From a virus, in IMG/VR virus record IMGVR_UViG_3300010885_020782, positions 63,376-127,375 of that record: 64,000 nt of DNA. One strand, 5' to 3'. The notes below the pieces were generated by a model that was not told where the DNA came from, searched no databases, and saw only the letters and a list, made by a program, of their open reading frames with translations. A program made the translations under genes and the position numbers. Every line of letters begins with the position of its first letter. Position 1 is the stretch's first letter. This document shows positions 10,071 to 19,094 of the stretch, one piece after another.

Positions 10071-10581
10071 TACTCAACCGCCGAGCCATTGCACGATAGG
10101 TAACTCCAGCCGCTTCTGCAATATCAGCAGCAGGAACCCCTCTGTGATAGAGCGTGAGCGATAGTTCTGTTAGTTCCCTATTTGCTTGGGCTAGCGGGCT
10201 ATCGTTAGAAGTCTTGGCGCGATAGCGTTTTGCTAGCGCTGAGAGTTCCTGTAAGCGTGGTCTCAGTTCTAGAGGAACCGTAGGGGAAATAGAACGAGTT
10301 CTAGGGGTCCCCAGAAGTGGGGCAGAGACTGTAAGAGATTTTGGTGGTGGCATTGGTATCTGGCGACGCTGCTCTGTAGAGGGAGCGTTCTTTACCCAGA
10401 AATGCACAGTTGATTTTGGCTTGGCTGGTTTGATTGAGGAAGCAATAATTCCTAAAGACCAACCTGCTTCCCACAACGCTCGAAGGCGAGAATGAACTAG
10501 ATTCGGGTCGAGAGCAGAGATAAAACGAACCTCATCGTCGGGGAGTTTTACCTTCTGTTTCATTACCCTATTGTACAGCAT
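10063..10581 (-). CDS. Tandem-HTH DNA-binding protein (paralog 1)
   Basis: ALWEAGWSLGIIA and VPAADIAEAAGVTYRAMARRL; same layout as 13599 and 54680. Confidence 0.7.
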   Translation of the reverse strand: MLYNRVMKQKVKLPDDEVRFISALDPNLVHSRLRALWEAGWSLGIIASSIKPAKPKSTVHFWVKNAPSTEQRRQIPMPPPKSLTVSAPLLGTPRTRSISPTVPLELRPRLQELSALAKRYRAKTSNDSPLAQANRELTELSLTLYHRGVPAADIAEAAGVTYRAMARRLSNG

Positions 10582-11161
10582 TTTAAAAAGCCGTACAGGG
10601 ATGGGCTAAGACTATTGGACGAAAGCATTGAAACTATGAACCTTTCCATTAAATGCTTTTGGCCTGTGAGAAGGTACCGCTTATATTTGGGGTCTTTCCA
10701 AATCGTTTCCGGGAAAATAACATTTTGTTATCAAAACTTTTGTTTTGTAACTTTTTGTTATAGAAAGGCAAGGGCATATAGATTTTATTTTATTTATATA
10801 ACAAAAAGTTATTTTTTAACATAACTAATGTGTATCAACAAACTTGAGTCAATGCGACTCAACTTTCTTATGAACTATGACTCAAGGTGGGTCTTAGTTA
10901 TTTATTTATCTATCTAATAGGCTTGCTTAGGTCTAATAACTATAAACAACTTCTCAAAGTAAAGGCTTGCCAAGATGTCTAGTAAGAAATCTAAAGCAAG
11001 GTAGTCAAGTAATAATTTCTAGCAGGGGGGTGGGGGTCTAGATATATGTAACAGGTCTTTACTTGTCTAGGCTCTAACAGGGGGGTAGGTCTGCCTAGAA
11101 AAGTAAAGGGGGTAGTAGGTATCTAATAACTTTACTACTCATTAGTAACATAGGATGGAAA

Positions 11162-11177
11162 TGTGGGGTAAATCACA
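11162..11177. promoter_or_regulatory. CRP/GlxR-like box TGTGG-N6-TCACA
   Basis: TGTGGGGTAAATCACA, 21 nt upstream of TTGCGT -35. Confidence 0.5.
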
Positions 11178-11280
11178 GGGGAGATAGTGCTAATGGTCTT
11201 GCGTTATCTCTATGCAGATGTAATACTTTAGACATACAGAAACCGCAGGGGTTATGTATAGAAAAGAAAAGGGGAAACAA

Positions 11281-11535
11281 ATGTCAGCATATGGAACCGC
11301 AGTTACTATCAAGGGAACTACTTACCGCTACATCATTGACACAAAAGAGCAGGTAAGAGAACTTCTACTAGGTGCTACCGCACCTATCGAGAAGGTAGAA
11401 ATCCAAGAAGAAACTCGCGGAGAACCTCACCGCGAGATGAGTGCAGAGGAAATCCTTTACCTCGTCCTCAATCACCCAACACCCGCAGAGGTTGAAGAGA
11501 AAGATGTCGTAGTCCTAGCGACTACATCAGCCTAA
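11281..11535 (+). CDS. Small cassette protein
   Basis: SD AAAGGGGAAACAA-ATG, own promoter and terminator. Confidence 0.8.
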   Translation: MSAYGTAVTIKGTTYRYIIDTKEQVRELLLGATAPIEKVEIQEETRGEPHREMSAEEILYLVLNHPTPAEVEEKDVVVLATTSA

Positions 11536-11545
11536 AGAGTTACAG

Positions 11546-11577
11546 AGAAGCCCCCGCAGAAATGTGGGGGTTTTTCT
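11546..11577 (+). terminator. Intrinsic terminator (representative of the AGAAGCCCC..GGGGTTTCT family after most cassettes)
   Basis: CCCCCGC/GTGGGGG stem followed by TTTTTCT. Confidence 0.8.
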
Positions 11578-11578
11578 A

Positions 11579-11653
11579 TGTGGTGCAACTCACACGAAAT
11601 AGGAAAGAAAAATCGTCAATGAACTTGCACTATCCGTAAAAAGATTATATGCT
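11579..11653 (+). promoter_or_regulatory. CRP-like box plus sigmaA promoter
   Basis: TGTGGTGCAACTCACA (11579-94); TTGCAC (11625-30)-N17-TATGCT (11648-53). Confidence 0.7.
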
Positions 11654-11680
11654 TAGGCTAACAAAGAAAGGGGGAACAAA

Positions 11681-11902
11681 ATGTCAGTAGTTGAAATCCA
11701 AGTCAGCCCGCTACAACTCTTCATCTTGAAGCAGGGTCTAGAACTTGAAATCAAAACGGAATTGCGTATGCAAATGTCCGCAGAGTCAAGCCTAAAGGCG
11801 TTCAAGCGTCTAACAGGTATTGACACAGGCAGAGGTCTAAAGGGTCGTGAAAAGGCTCTAGACATAGTTATAGACTTCCTGAAGCAAGTAGGGGAAGAAT
11901 AA
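11681..11902 (+). CDS. Small cassette protein
   Basis: ORF track; SD AAAGGGGG. Confidence 0.8.
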   Translation: MSVVEIQVSPLQLFILKQGLELEIKTELRMQMSAESSLKAFKRLTGIDTGRGLKGREKALDIVIDFLKQVGEE

Positions 11903-11981
11903 GTCTGGAAAGGAAAGCCCCCCGCAAGGGGGGTTTTCTCTTGCAGGAAAAGACAGGTAAAAAGTAAAAACTTGCGAGCGC

Positions 11982-12010
11982 AAAGTTATCCACACCCTGT
12001 GGATAACTTT
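11982..12010. promoter_or_regulatory. Inverted pair of perfect DnaA boxes
   Basis: AAAGTTATCCACA-CCC-TGTGGATAACTTT; TTATCCACA at 11986-94, TGTGGATAA at 11998-12006. Confidence 0.6.
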
Positions 12011-12043
12011 CACTTCCCAACAACTTCCGCAGGGGTGCAAATG

Positions 12044-12119
12044 TGTGGTGCAACTCACACGACATTTTTAATCTTTTTTGCCAAATGTGGTTGCGTTACC
12101 CGTAGCCAACCCTTATACT
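12044..12119 (+). promoter_or_regulatory. CRP-like box plus sigmaA promoter
   Basis: TGTGGTGCAACTCACA (12044-59); TTGCGT (12091-96)-N17-TATACT (12114-19). Confidence 0.75.
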
Positions 12120-12171
12120 TCAGTTAGTGGAAATCGCAAGGGGCGATGGATACAAAGGGGAGATGATAGAA

Positions 12172-12546
12172 ATGTCTTACGGCTCATTTCACAATCTACT
12201 TGCTGGGAACAGTAAGTCCCTTACCGAAATTGAAATCGGTATGGGCGCAACACAAATCGGCTGGTCTGACCGCTACGCCTACACAGTAGTAGGGTTCGAG
12301 CGTTTCAAGACAGGTGCAAAGGCTGGACAAATAAAGGCAGTAATTGCCACTCGCGACATTGCAAAGCGCACAGACTCAAACGGCTACTACACAGAGAGCC
12401 AAGATTACGAGTTCACTACCAATCCAAACGCTAAGCAAGAACGCTACACACTCCGCAAAGATGGTCGCTTTATGCGTGAAGGCGCAACTAATTCAGGCGT
12501 TCTCCTAGTCGGTGTGCGAATGGAATACTTCGACCCACACTTCTAA
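12172..12546 (+). CDS. Conserved phage hypothetical protein (GMGAT..WSDRYAYT)
   Basis: SD AAGGGGAG; start refined from the ORF track. Confidence 0.8.
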   Translation: MSYGSFHNLLAGNSKSLTEIEIGMGATQIGWSDRYAYTVVGFERFKTGAKAGQIKAVIATRDIAKRTDSNGYYTESQDYEFTTNPNAKQERYTLRKDGRFMREGATNSGVLLVGVRMEYFDPHF

Positions 12547-12640
12547 AGTCGGAAAGGAAGCCCCCTCGGAAGAGGGGGTTTCTTTTTTGCTGGAAAAATT
12601 AAAACTATGTAAAAAGTAAAAACTTGCGAGCGTCAAAAAA

Positions 12641-12717
12641 TGTGATGCAACTCACACCAGCACATCTAAACAATTTTCCCAAATGGTCTTGCAACTACTC
12701 AACTAATTAGATACACT
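12641..12717 (+). promoter_or_regulatory. Perfect TGTGA-N6-TCACA box plus sigmaA promoter
   Basis: TGTGATGCAACTCACA (12641-56); TTGCAA (12689-94)-N17-TACACT (12712-17). Confidence 0.75.
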
Positions 12718-12769
12718 TAGACCAAGAAGCCAAGCCACAGGGGGCAAGGCAACTAACAAAGGGAAGCAA

Positions 12770-13033
12770 ATGTCTAAACTAATCACAGACGCAGAACTAA
12801 TCGCAGTAATGAACGGCACAAACAAAGACGGAAAGAAAGTCTTTCTTGCACTTTTTGAGCCACGAAAGAACTCACTTCCACAAATGGACGGACGCTCCGT
12901 AACCTTCCACGCAGACACTAAGGCAGAGGCAGAACGCCTAGCCAAAGAATACGGCAGAAGGATTTTGGATAGACGCTTAGCGTATCTAATGTCTTGCGAG
13001 GTTGAGGAAGCCCGCTACGGACTTCGCTACTAA
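12770..13033 (+). CDS. Small cassette protein
   Basis: ORF track; SD and terminator. Confidence 0.8.
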   Translation: MSKLITDAELIAVMNGTNKDGKKVFLALFEPRKNSLPQMDGRSVTFHADTKAEAERLAKEYGRRILDRRLAYLMSCEVEEARYGLRY

Positions 13034-13237
13034 AGTTAGCGAGAAGCCCCCGAGAAATCGGGGGTTTCTTTTTTTGCATTTTATTTTTTGATTTTGAGTA
13101 AAAAGTAAAAACTTAGTGGCTAGTGCTCGCAACTTCCAAACAACTTTTAGACACCGCACAGGGGGTGGAGAGAAATGGGCTTGCATTGTTGCAACATATC
13201 TTGTATGCTATATCTACCAACTACGAAAGGAAACAAA

Positions 13238-13531
13238 ATGCAATTCACAATTGACCCGCAACTAGGTTCAGGCACTTCACTCAAAGGTTATGTAACTTCA
13301 ACACTTGCAGAACTTATTGAAACCTTCGGAGAGCCCGAATACTTCGCAGAGGGCGACAAAGTAACAGTAGAGTGGTCAATCCTTTTTGATAACGGCACAG
13401 TCGCAACAATCTACGACTGGAAGCGTTACGAGATGGGAAGACCTGCACTCACCGAGGTATTCCAATACAACATTGGCGGACACGACCACGAGGCAGTAAC
13501 GCTAGTAAAAAAGGCACTCCGCAAGGGGTAG
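13238..13531 (+). CDS. Conserved aquatic-phage hypothetical protein (GTSLKGY..FGEP..DKVTVEW..TIYDWK)
   Basis: SD GAAAGGA; recognisable family motif. Confidence 0.8.
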   Translation: MQFTIDPQLGSGTSLKGYVTSTLAELIETFGEPEYFAEGDKVTVEWSILFDNGTVATIYDWKRYEMGRPALTEVFQYNIGGHDHEAVTLVKKALRKG

Positions 13532-13598
13532 TCTCCCGACTTGCAATCAGTAATCCTATGGGTTATGCTTGCTATAAGACAAACTACGAAAGGAACAA

Positions 13599-14210
13599 AT
13601 GACAACAGAGACAACGAAAAACGCTATACCGAAACGAGTTACATATAAAATTGTGGCTAGTGGGGAAGGAAAAATCATCAAGCGAAAGCAAGAACTTCCG
13701 CAAGATGTATTAGATATCTTCAAGGGTATTAGCGACATAAAGCAACGCAACCAATACATAATTGCATTGGGCGAGGCTGGCTGGACGGACTCTTCTATTG
13801 CAAGGGCAGTAGATGTTTCACGGGAACGAGTAAGGCAACTTGCTCAACAAACAACGAGCGACACTTCTCTCATTGGTGATTTACCAATCCCAAAGCCACC
13901 GCGAGAAACAAAGTATTCTAAAGTCTATCCCGAACTTCCAAAAGAAATGCTTGACAGACTATTAGAACTAAAACCACTTGCCCAACAGGTAAGAGGACAC
14001 GGCAAGATGTATCGTGCAGAGGCAGATGAATACACCTACCTTCTCAATCAAGCAATAACAACTCAAGGCATTTCCGTATATCGTCTTGCAAAGTTATTGG
14101 GTGTAACTATTGGTGCAATCCAATTCCGCTTGACACGATACGGCTACCGAACAACAACAGGAAAAAGTAAGTGCTTCCAACCAATTCTAGAAAAGAACCG
14201 CCGTGGCTAA
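13599..14210 (+). CDS. Tandem-HTH DNA-binding protein (paralog 2)
   Basis: GWTDSSIARAVDVSRERVRQL and ISVYRLAKLLGVTIGAIQFRLTRYGY. Confidence 0.8.
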   Translation: MTTETTKNAIPKRVTYKIVASGEGKIIKRKQELPQDVLDIFKGISDIKQRNQYIIALGEAGWTDSSIARAVDVSRERVRQLAQQTTSDTSLIGDLPIPKPPRETKYSKVYPELPKEMLDRLLELKPLAQQVRGHGKMYRAEADEYTYLLNQAITTQGISVYRLAKLLGVTIGAIQFRLTRYGYRTTTGKSKCFQPILEKNRRG

Positions 14211-14322
14211 ACCGCAACAATGTAGTAAATGTCAGGCGTGGTTCAATCCTAAGTTCGGTGGTGGTGGAGAGGGGTTATGTAAACCCTGCCACTATATTGA
14301 AATGAAGAAGGACAAAGAGTAA
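14203..14322 (+). CDS. Mini zinc-finger-like protein (CSKC..CKPC, 39 aa)
   Basis: Manual translation; GTG start overlapping the upstream gene. Confidence 0.5.
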   Translation: MAKPQQCSKCQAWFNPKFGGGGEGLCKPCHYIEMKKDKE

Positions 14323-14472
14323 ATGAAAGAGTTAGACGACCACGAGTTTCTTGGTGCTTGTCCAAAGTGCCAACAACTTATACAAGGTGCAGAGGTGTAT
14401 GACCGCGAGCGTGGGTGGATTACAGTATGGATTCACGCACACTCAAGACGAAGGCTCTGCTTAGTGGCATAA
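14323..14472 (+). CDS. Mini protein (CPKC, 49 aa)
   Basis: Manual translation; start abuts the upstream stop. Confidence 0.5.
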   Translation: MKELDDHEFLGACPKCQQLIQGAEVYDRERGWITVWIHAHSRRRLCLVA

Positions 14473-14508
14473 GAAAACCCCCTAGACGAATAATCTAGGG
14501 GGATTCTT
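14471..14508. terminator. Bidirectional terminator at the convergence point
   Basis: CCCCCTAGA/TCTAGGGGG stem with A- and T-rich flanks between convergent genes. Confidence 0.75.
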
Positions 14509-14517
14509 ATTTATAAA

Positions 14518-14811
14518 CTAATCAGCAGACTTACGCTTATCTACAAGCGAAAAGGCTTCGTTGATTTCAGATGTAGTCAATTTTCCATCAGCAAGGTAGG
14601 CACGGGATAGAGCCTCTACAACAGTAGCGACACCCAAACCACCCGCAAGGGCAATAGATTTCCAAACTTCAATACCAAACAAAGAACCTGCTCCGACCAC
14701 TGATAGTCCCGAGGCAGCGAAAGTAGCGATGACGCGACCAATGAGCATTTTTGCTTTCTCAATAGCCTTGTCGTCCCGACTTACTTCAACCTCTCCTTTT
14801 GCTTTTGCCAT
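14518..14811 (-). CDS. Membrane protein, holin-like
   Basis: Two hydrophobic segments; SD GGAAGG before MAKAKG. Confidence 0.6.
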   Translation of the reverse strand: MAKAKGEVEVSRDDKAIEKAKMLIGRVIATFAASGLSVVGAGSLFGIEVWKSIALAGGLGVATVVEALSRAYLADGKLTTSEINEAFSLVDKRKSAD

Positions 14812-14914
14812 TTGTGCCGTCCTTCCTTGTCCTGCACAGAGCGTAAAAAGTAAAAACAACGCTCGGCTAGTCAATTTTAGATGACCAACCGAGCGTTGAT
14901 TATTGAAAAGGTGT

Positions 14915-15346
14915 TTAGGCTACGACTTCTACCGCAGTGTTCTTGAATAACTTAGTAATAAGTTTCTCATCTAGGACGAGTTCTTGGGTAGAACAACCAC
15001 AAAAGTCAGCAAGGGCTTTTTTAGTTCCTTCGCTTAGGTGTCCGCGACTATCAGAACCTGCGTCATCAAACCCGAGAACAATAAGTTGTTCTTGAACTAA
15101 GGCGACAGACGCAGAGTTGTGAGCAAACTTGTTTCCAAGCGCAGACAACGAAACAACTCCCGCAGTTGTTGAAACAACAGCAGGGGACTTTTTACTTTTT
15201 ACTACTGGTTCAGGCTCGACAGCCACAGCAAGAACAGGGGCAGGTTCTTCAACCACAGCCACAACCTCTACAACGGCGTCAGAAGCCTTTACTACTTCAG
15301 GCTCTACCGCAGGGGTAAAGACACTATAAAGGTCTTCATTACTCAT
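14915..15346 (-). CDS. Hypothetical protein with possible peptidoglycan-binding C-terminus
   Basis: VALVQEQLIVLGF..DSRGHL...TKKALADF resembles PG_binding_1. Confidence 0.55.
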   Translation of the reverse strand: MSNEDLYSVFTPAVEPEVVKASDAVVEVVAVVEEPAPVLAVAVEPEPVVKSKKSPAVVSTTAGVVSLSALGNKFAHNSASVALVQEQLIVLGFDDAGSDSRGHLSEGTKKALADFCGCSTQELVLDEKLITKLFKNTAVEVVA

Positions 15347-15935
15347 TTACGACTCCTTCAGGGAACTTGGCATACCACTCTTTGAATCTAATCTCATCAC
15401 TATTTGTGAGAGTGCCAGAGATTTTCCAAGCAGTCCAATCATCTCCACCACCGCTCATATGAAAGGCGACTTGAGCATTGACTACTGGGTCAAAGAGTTC
15501 TACATTGCTATTGAGGTCAAACTTGTCTCGGCGTGTAACACCAAGACCACCAATCATATTGATTTGGAATATGCCATAAGACGAATCGCCTGTTCTCCTA
15601 TTGCCATTGAAGGCTAGAGGGCGACCATTAGACTCCTTCTTGACAACAGCCCAAGCAGTTCTAAGGGCTTTACCCTCAAAACCAACCGCGTGAAGCAGTC
15701 TGGCTAGGTCTTCATCAGTCAGGGTTGTCTTTTGCTCGGAGAACTTCTTGAGTTCTAGCAAGCGTATTTCTTCATTCTTCTTTGCTATTTCAGCCTCTAC
15801 CGAAGCGATAGATACTGGCATAGGTTTTTGCTCGGCTCTGGAACTTTGAACAAAGGTAGAAAATACCGATAGAAGAATGACCGAGATGACCACACTTACT
15901 ATTTGTTCAACAGTCTTACTTTCGAGTTTCTGCAT
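15339..15935 (-). CDS. Lytic transglycosylase (SLT/lysozyme-like) with N-terminal anchor
   Basis: AVVKKESNG..GDSSYGIFQIN..LFDPVVNAQVA..W.AW catalytic motifs. Confidence 0.85.
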   Translation of the reverse strand: MQKLESKTVEQIVSVVISVILLSVFSTFVQSSRAEQKPMPVSIASVEAEIAKKNEEIRLLELKKFSEQKTTLTDEDLARLLHAVGFEGKALRTAWAVVKKESNGRPLAFNGNRRTGDSSYGIFQINMIGGLGVTRRDKFDLNSNVELFDPVVNAQVAFHMSGGGDDWTAWKISGTLTNSDEIRFKEWYAKFPEGVVNE

Positions 15936-16124
15936 TGATTATTCCTTTGTTAGGGGACAGGACAAGGTGGCTACTTAGCCCACCTGTATCACCCGCTCTG
16001 GGGAGATAGGTATTGCGACCTACTTTCTAATGCGTCTTGCATCATTTCTACTAGACCACCTTAGCACACTAAAGTCAGGAAAGTCGCCCCCAAGCAGGGT
16101 CAGAGGCGACCTTCCATCATAGAG

Positions 16125-16541
16125 TTACTTGGTGTAGCCAAACGCCTTACGGCACTCCGGCCCTAGGGATAACTCACGACTACGCTCATCAGTGAGTTCA
16201 GCACCGCACTTTGCACAGCAACGATAGTGCTCACCAAAGATACGAGCGTATTTGTGAGGGTCAGAAGCCAAGATACGCACAAACGCAAGCGTGTCGAGCG
16301 CATTAGGCTTGATACGGGTAAAAGAACCAATAGAACCTAACAACTTGCGTAGGTATGTGGTCTTCTTGAACTCACGAACCTCTACAAACAGTAGGTCTCC
16401 GTGAATTTTATCCGCTAAGAAGTCCGAAATAATCTCGGAAGTTGGGATAGCGTATTTAGATTTAGGAAGTTTAGAAAGTGCCTCATAAAGTTCCGCCCAT
16501 TCGGACTTAGAAGGCAATCTTGTTGCAACTTGAGTATTCAT
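16125..16541 (-). CDS. DUF6011-like zinc-binding protein
   Basis: CAKCGAELTDERSRELSLGPEC. Confidence 0.7.
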   Translation of the reverse strand: MNTQVATRLPSKSEWAELYEALSKLPKSKYAIPTSEIISDFLADKIHGDLLFVEVREFKKTTYLRKLLGSIGSFTRIKPNALDTLAFVRILASDPHKYARIFGEHYRCCAKCGAELTDERSRELSLGPECRKAFGYTK

Positions 16542-16741
16542 TTGATACCCCCCTTTCAAGACAAAGCATATAACACTCCATCATAGAAGTCAAGGGCAAT
16601 TAGAAAGGAATCAGGAAGAAGTTGTTGGGAAGTTGTGAAACCTGGCGAGCGCGAGGGCTTGGAGATACGCATAAAAAGTAAAAACTTACCCGCACAAAAA
16701 GAAACCCCGCACAAGGCGGGGCTTCTTCGTGGCAAAGTTAT

Positions 16742-16873
16742 TTATTCAAGACCTAACCACATCTCAAAACCTGCGTCTTCAACAACAACGACATCTTCAA
16801 CTTCAAGAGTGTCGTCTTCGTCTTCAGCCCAAGGGTCATATTCAAGACCATTGTTATCAATATTTACAGACAT
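16742..16873 (-). CDS. Highly acidic mini protein (43 aa)
   Basis: Manual translation MSVNIDNNGLEYDPWAEDEDDTLEVEDVVVVEDAGFEMWLGLE; SD AAAGGGGA, own promoter and terminator. Confidence 0.7.
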   Translation of the reverse strand: MSVNIDNNGLEYDPWAEDEDDTLEVEDVVVVEDAGFEMWLGLE

Positions 16874-17009
16874 TGGAATCCCCTTTCAATTTGTTAGGCA
16901 CAATATAACAGTCTTCAGGCAGTAAAGCAAGGAAGTTGTTTAGAAGTTGCCCGCAGCGAGGCTTGGACTCACGCATAAAAAGTAAAAAGTCCCACGGGAA
17001 AAAACGCTA

Positions 17010-17276
17010 CTAATCTTCGTAGTAGCGATTTTCGCAGGAACGCGAACCACAGTTGGCATAGCGAACCCCCGCAAGGCGGAAGGGAATGTCCCCGCCACAA
17101 ATCTCGCATAGGGGAATGCACTTCGAGCAGAAATCGCCCAAAGACTCTGCGGGCTTACCGCAGTCAGGGCAGGTGTGCGACAACTCCGCACAACGCCCGC
17201 ATAGGTGCGAACCACGCACCACAGAAATATCATCAGAAGCGTAGCCACAGTTGGCGCAAGTGTTGGAATCGAACAT
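17010..17276 (-). CDS. Cys-rich multi-zinc-finger protein
   Basis: Six CxxC-type pairs in 88 aa. Confidence 0.7.
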   Translation of the reverse strand: MFDSNTCANCGYASDDISVVRGSHLCGRCAELSHTCPDCGKPAESLGDFCSKCIPLCEICGGDIPFRLAGVRYANCGSRSCENRYYED

Positions 17277-17422
17277 AAAAATACCCCCCGAGAATTAGAT
17301 GAACAACGCAATAATAACTAACATCATCTAAAAAGTCAAGCAAGCAGAAGAAAAGAAAGGCTGTAAGTGGGGGAAGTAACCTACAGCCTAACTCTCGGAG
17401 AAGTAGGAAAAAGGGGTTTAGC

Positions 17423-17575
17423 CTACTTCTCTCGACTTGCTAAGGTTGCAGAGGCAACCGCAGACAAGCCCAAACTAATAGACCACGCCACACTACCTTG
17501 CCAAGACGCCACGAAAGACGCCACGATAAACAAGATAGTTCCAACAGCAGTCCAAACTATATTCAAGTTGTTCAT
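17423..17575 (-). CDS. Small membrane protein
   Basis: Manual translation MNNLNIVWTAVGTILFIV...; SD. Confidence 0.6.
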   Translation of the reverse strand: MNNLNIVWTAVGTILFIVASFVASWQGSVAWSISLGLSAVASATLASREK

Positions 17576-17778
17576 TTGTTTCCCTTCTTTCCTTTAGGAC
17601 TTGTGCGTCCTTTAGTTCTAGCAGAGGGGTTTCTTATTTCAGCCCCACCACCTTGAATTGCTTTGCGAGCGCAACGATAGGACACGGCAAGTTCTCTAGC
17701 CACATCATCTATCGAAAGACCACCGCGATACAAAGAACTTGCGCTGGCTTCTAACTTTTTACTTTTTGCTACTCTCAC
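17572..17778 (-). CDS. Small HTH protein
   Basis: GLSIDDVARELAVSYRCARKAI. Confidence 0.65.
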   Translation of the reverse strand: MRVAKSKKLEASASSLYRGGLSIDDVARELAVSYRCARKAIQGGGAEIRNPSARTKGRTSPKGKKGNK

Positions 17779-18260
17779 GCAGACTTGTCCTCTTCATCTT
17801 CGTAAGGTCGTTGAACCGCGTTACGAATTACCGCAGGGTCTAATCCCTTGTCCCTCAGCCATTGAGCAGTCTGTGGGTCTTGTGCGTTGTCTGTAACGTG
17901 CCTTCCTTCGTTCCAAGTAAAGAAAGAAGTTGTTCCTTCAGGTAGAACCCAAAGATGGTATTGGTTAGAGGTATCAACAAGTTGGCTTTCAGGTGGAAAG
18001 ATTTCTACGGCTTCTCTTTCAGAACCTGCAAGTTCGTTCTTGATACGCTGGAAGTGTCGCCAATCTCTAATAGCCTTGCGTTCGTTATGACGAATCGAAA
18101 GGTGAAGACCACTGGTTTCTCCAAGTTCAGGTTCTAAAATTGTCTTGACGACAACATAAAACCTGTTCTTCCAAATTGTTTGATGGGGTTCAAGGTCAAT
18201 CTTCTTCCCATTTACAGTTGGAGTTGCTTCCTCGAACTTATCCCAAAGGGGCTTAGTCAT
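17775..18260 (-). CDS. Conserved phage protein (DUF7694-like)
   Basis: HLSIR..DWRHFQRIKNEL.G.EREAVEIFP.ESQLVD..NQYHLW. Confidence 0.75.
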   Translation of the reverse strand: MTKPLWDKFEEATPTVNGKKIDLEPHQTIWKNRFYVVVKTILEPELGETSGLHLSIRHNERKAIRDWRHFQRIKNELAGSEREAVEIFPPESQLVDTSNQYHLWVLPEGTTSFFTWNEGRHVTDNAQDPQTAQWLRDKGLDPAVIRNAVQRPYEDEEDKSA

Positions 18261-18427
18261 TATCCGCGCCTCTTCTTGATAACTCGATAGATTCCATAAC
18301 CAAGCAGAGCAACAATTAGTGCTGGGGTATAGACAGATACGCCAAAGAAGTTTGACGAAATTTCAATCCACTCGAACTGGCAAGTGAAACTACAGTTAGC
18401 GTCAGAAATTACCTGTGTTGTTTCCAT
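18260..18427 (-). CDS. Small membrane protein; 14-bp motif between SD and ATG
   Basis: Manual translation METTQVISD...YRVIKKRRG. Confidence 0.6.
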   Translation of the reverse strand: METTQVISDANCSFTCQFEWIEISSNFFGVSVYTPALIVALLGYGIYRVIKKRRG

Positions 18428-18581
18428 TTTTACTTTTTACTCCTTTCGTCTCGTAGAAGTTTCCGCAACCGATAATTCTCTTTTGTGAGATTTCGGTGGG
18501 ACATTATTGAGATTACCATTACGGCGCACGAACTGGCGAGCGCAATAGTAATTCCGATTAGCGTTCCTGTATCTAAATACA

Positions 18582-18830
18582 TTAGTTTCCCTTCTCTAGT
18601 TTGATAAACACTTCATCTTTTTTTAGATGAGGCATAGGTAATGCTTCCATAAAGGCTTTTACTTCCGCTTTTGTTTCCAGTTTGCACCACTTCTCGAACT
18701 GTTCATCACTCATAAACGCGAACTTGAGCAAGAACTCCGCACGATTAGTTGGTATTGGGGTTCTCTCTTTTAGGAGAGATTCTTTATTTTTTTCTAAAGT
18801 ATTTCTTTTTTTAGTTCTCCAGCCCGACAT
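18582..18830 (-). CDS. Hypothetical protein
   Basis: ORF track; SD. Confidence 0.6.
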   Translation of the reverse strand: MSGWRTKKRNTLEKNKESLLKERTPIPTNRAEFLLKFAFMSDEQFEKWCKLETKAEVKAFMEALPMPHLKKDEVFIKLEKGN

Positions 18831-18841
18831 TTTATTCCCCC

Positions 18842-18997
18842 TTATGGATACAACAGGTCTAGGCAGAATTGGTTCATCTGCTCTGTTGGAACTTTACACA
18901 TTTCAGGTGTTGTGGCGTCTAACGCCCACGCCATAAGCGCGAGAAAGATAAGCCCAACCGCAATACGGCGTCTTACATACTTTGCTTCTGTTTTCAT
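18842..18997 (-). CDS. Small membrane protein
   Basis: Manual translation MKTEAKYVRRRIAVGLIF...; SD. Confidence 0.6.
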   Translation of the reverse strand: MKTEAKYVRRRIAVGLIFLALMAWALDATTPEMCKVPTEQMNQFCLDLLYP

Positions 18998-19094
18998 TTC
19001 TTGCCCCTTTTCATTTTGTCTTTTTGTTAGTCCCCTTGACCAACAAGATAAGCATACAACACTTTACCCTTTTAGGCAACTTCCCTGCCTTTTA

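Noticed and set aside
15936-16060. c-di-AMP (ydaO) riboswitch
   Set aside because: Only CAGAGCGGG resembles it; the GGGGTGAATC and CCCGAACCCGTCAGCTAAC-type elements are absent. Kept only as an unclassified leader.
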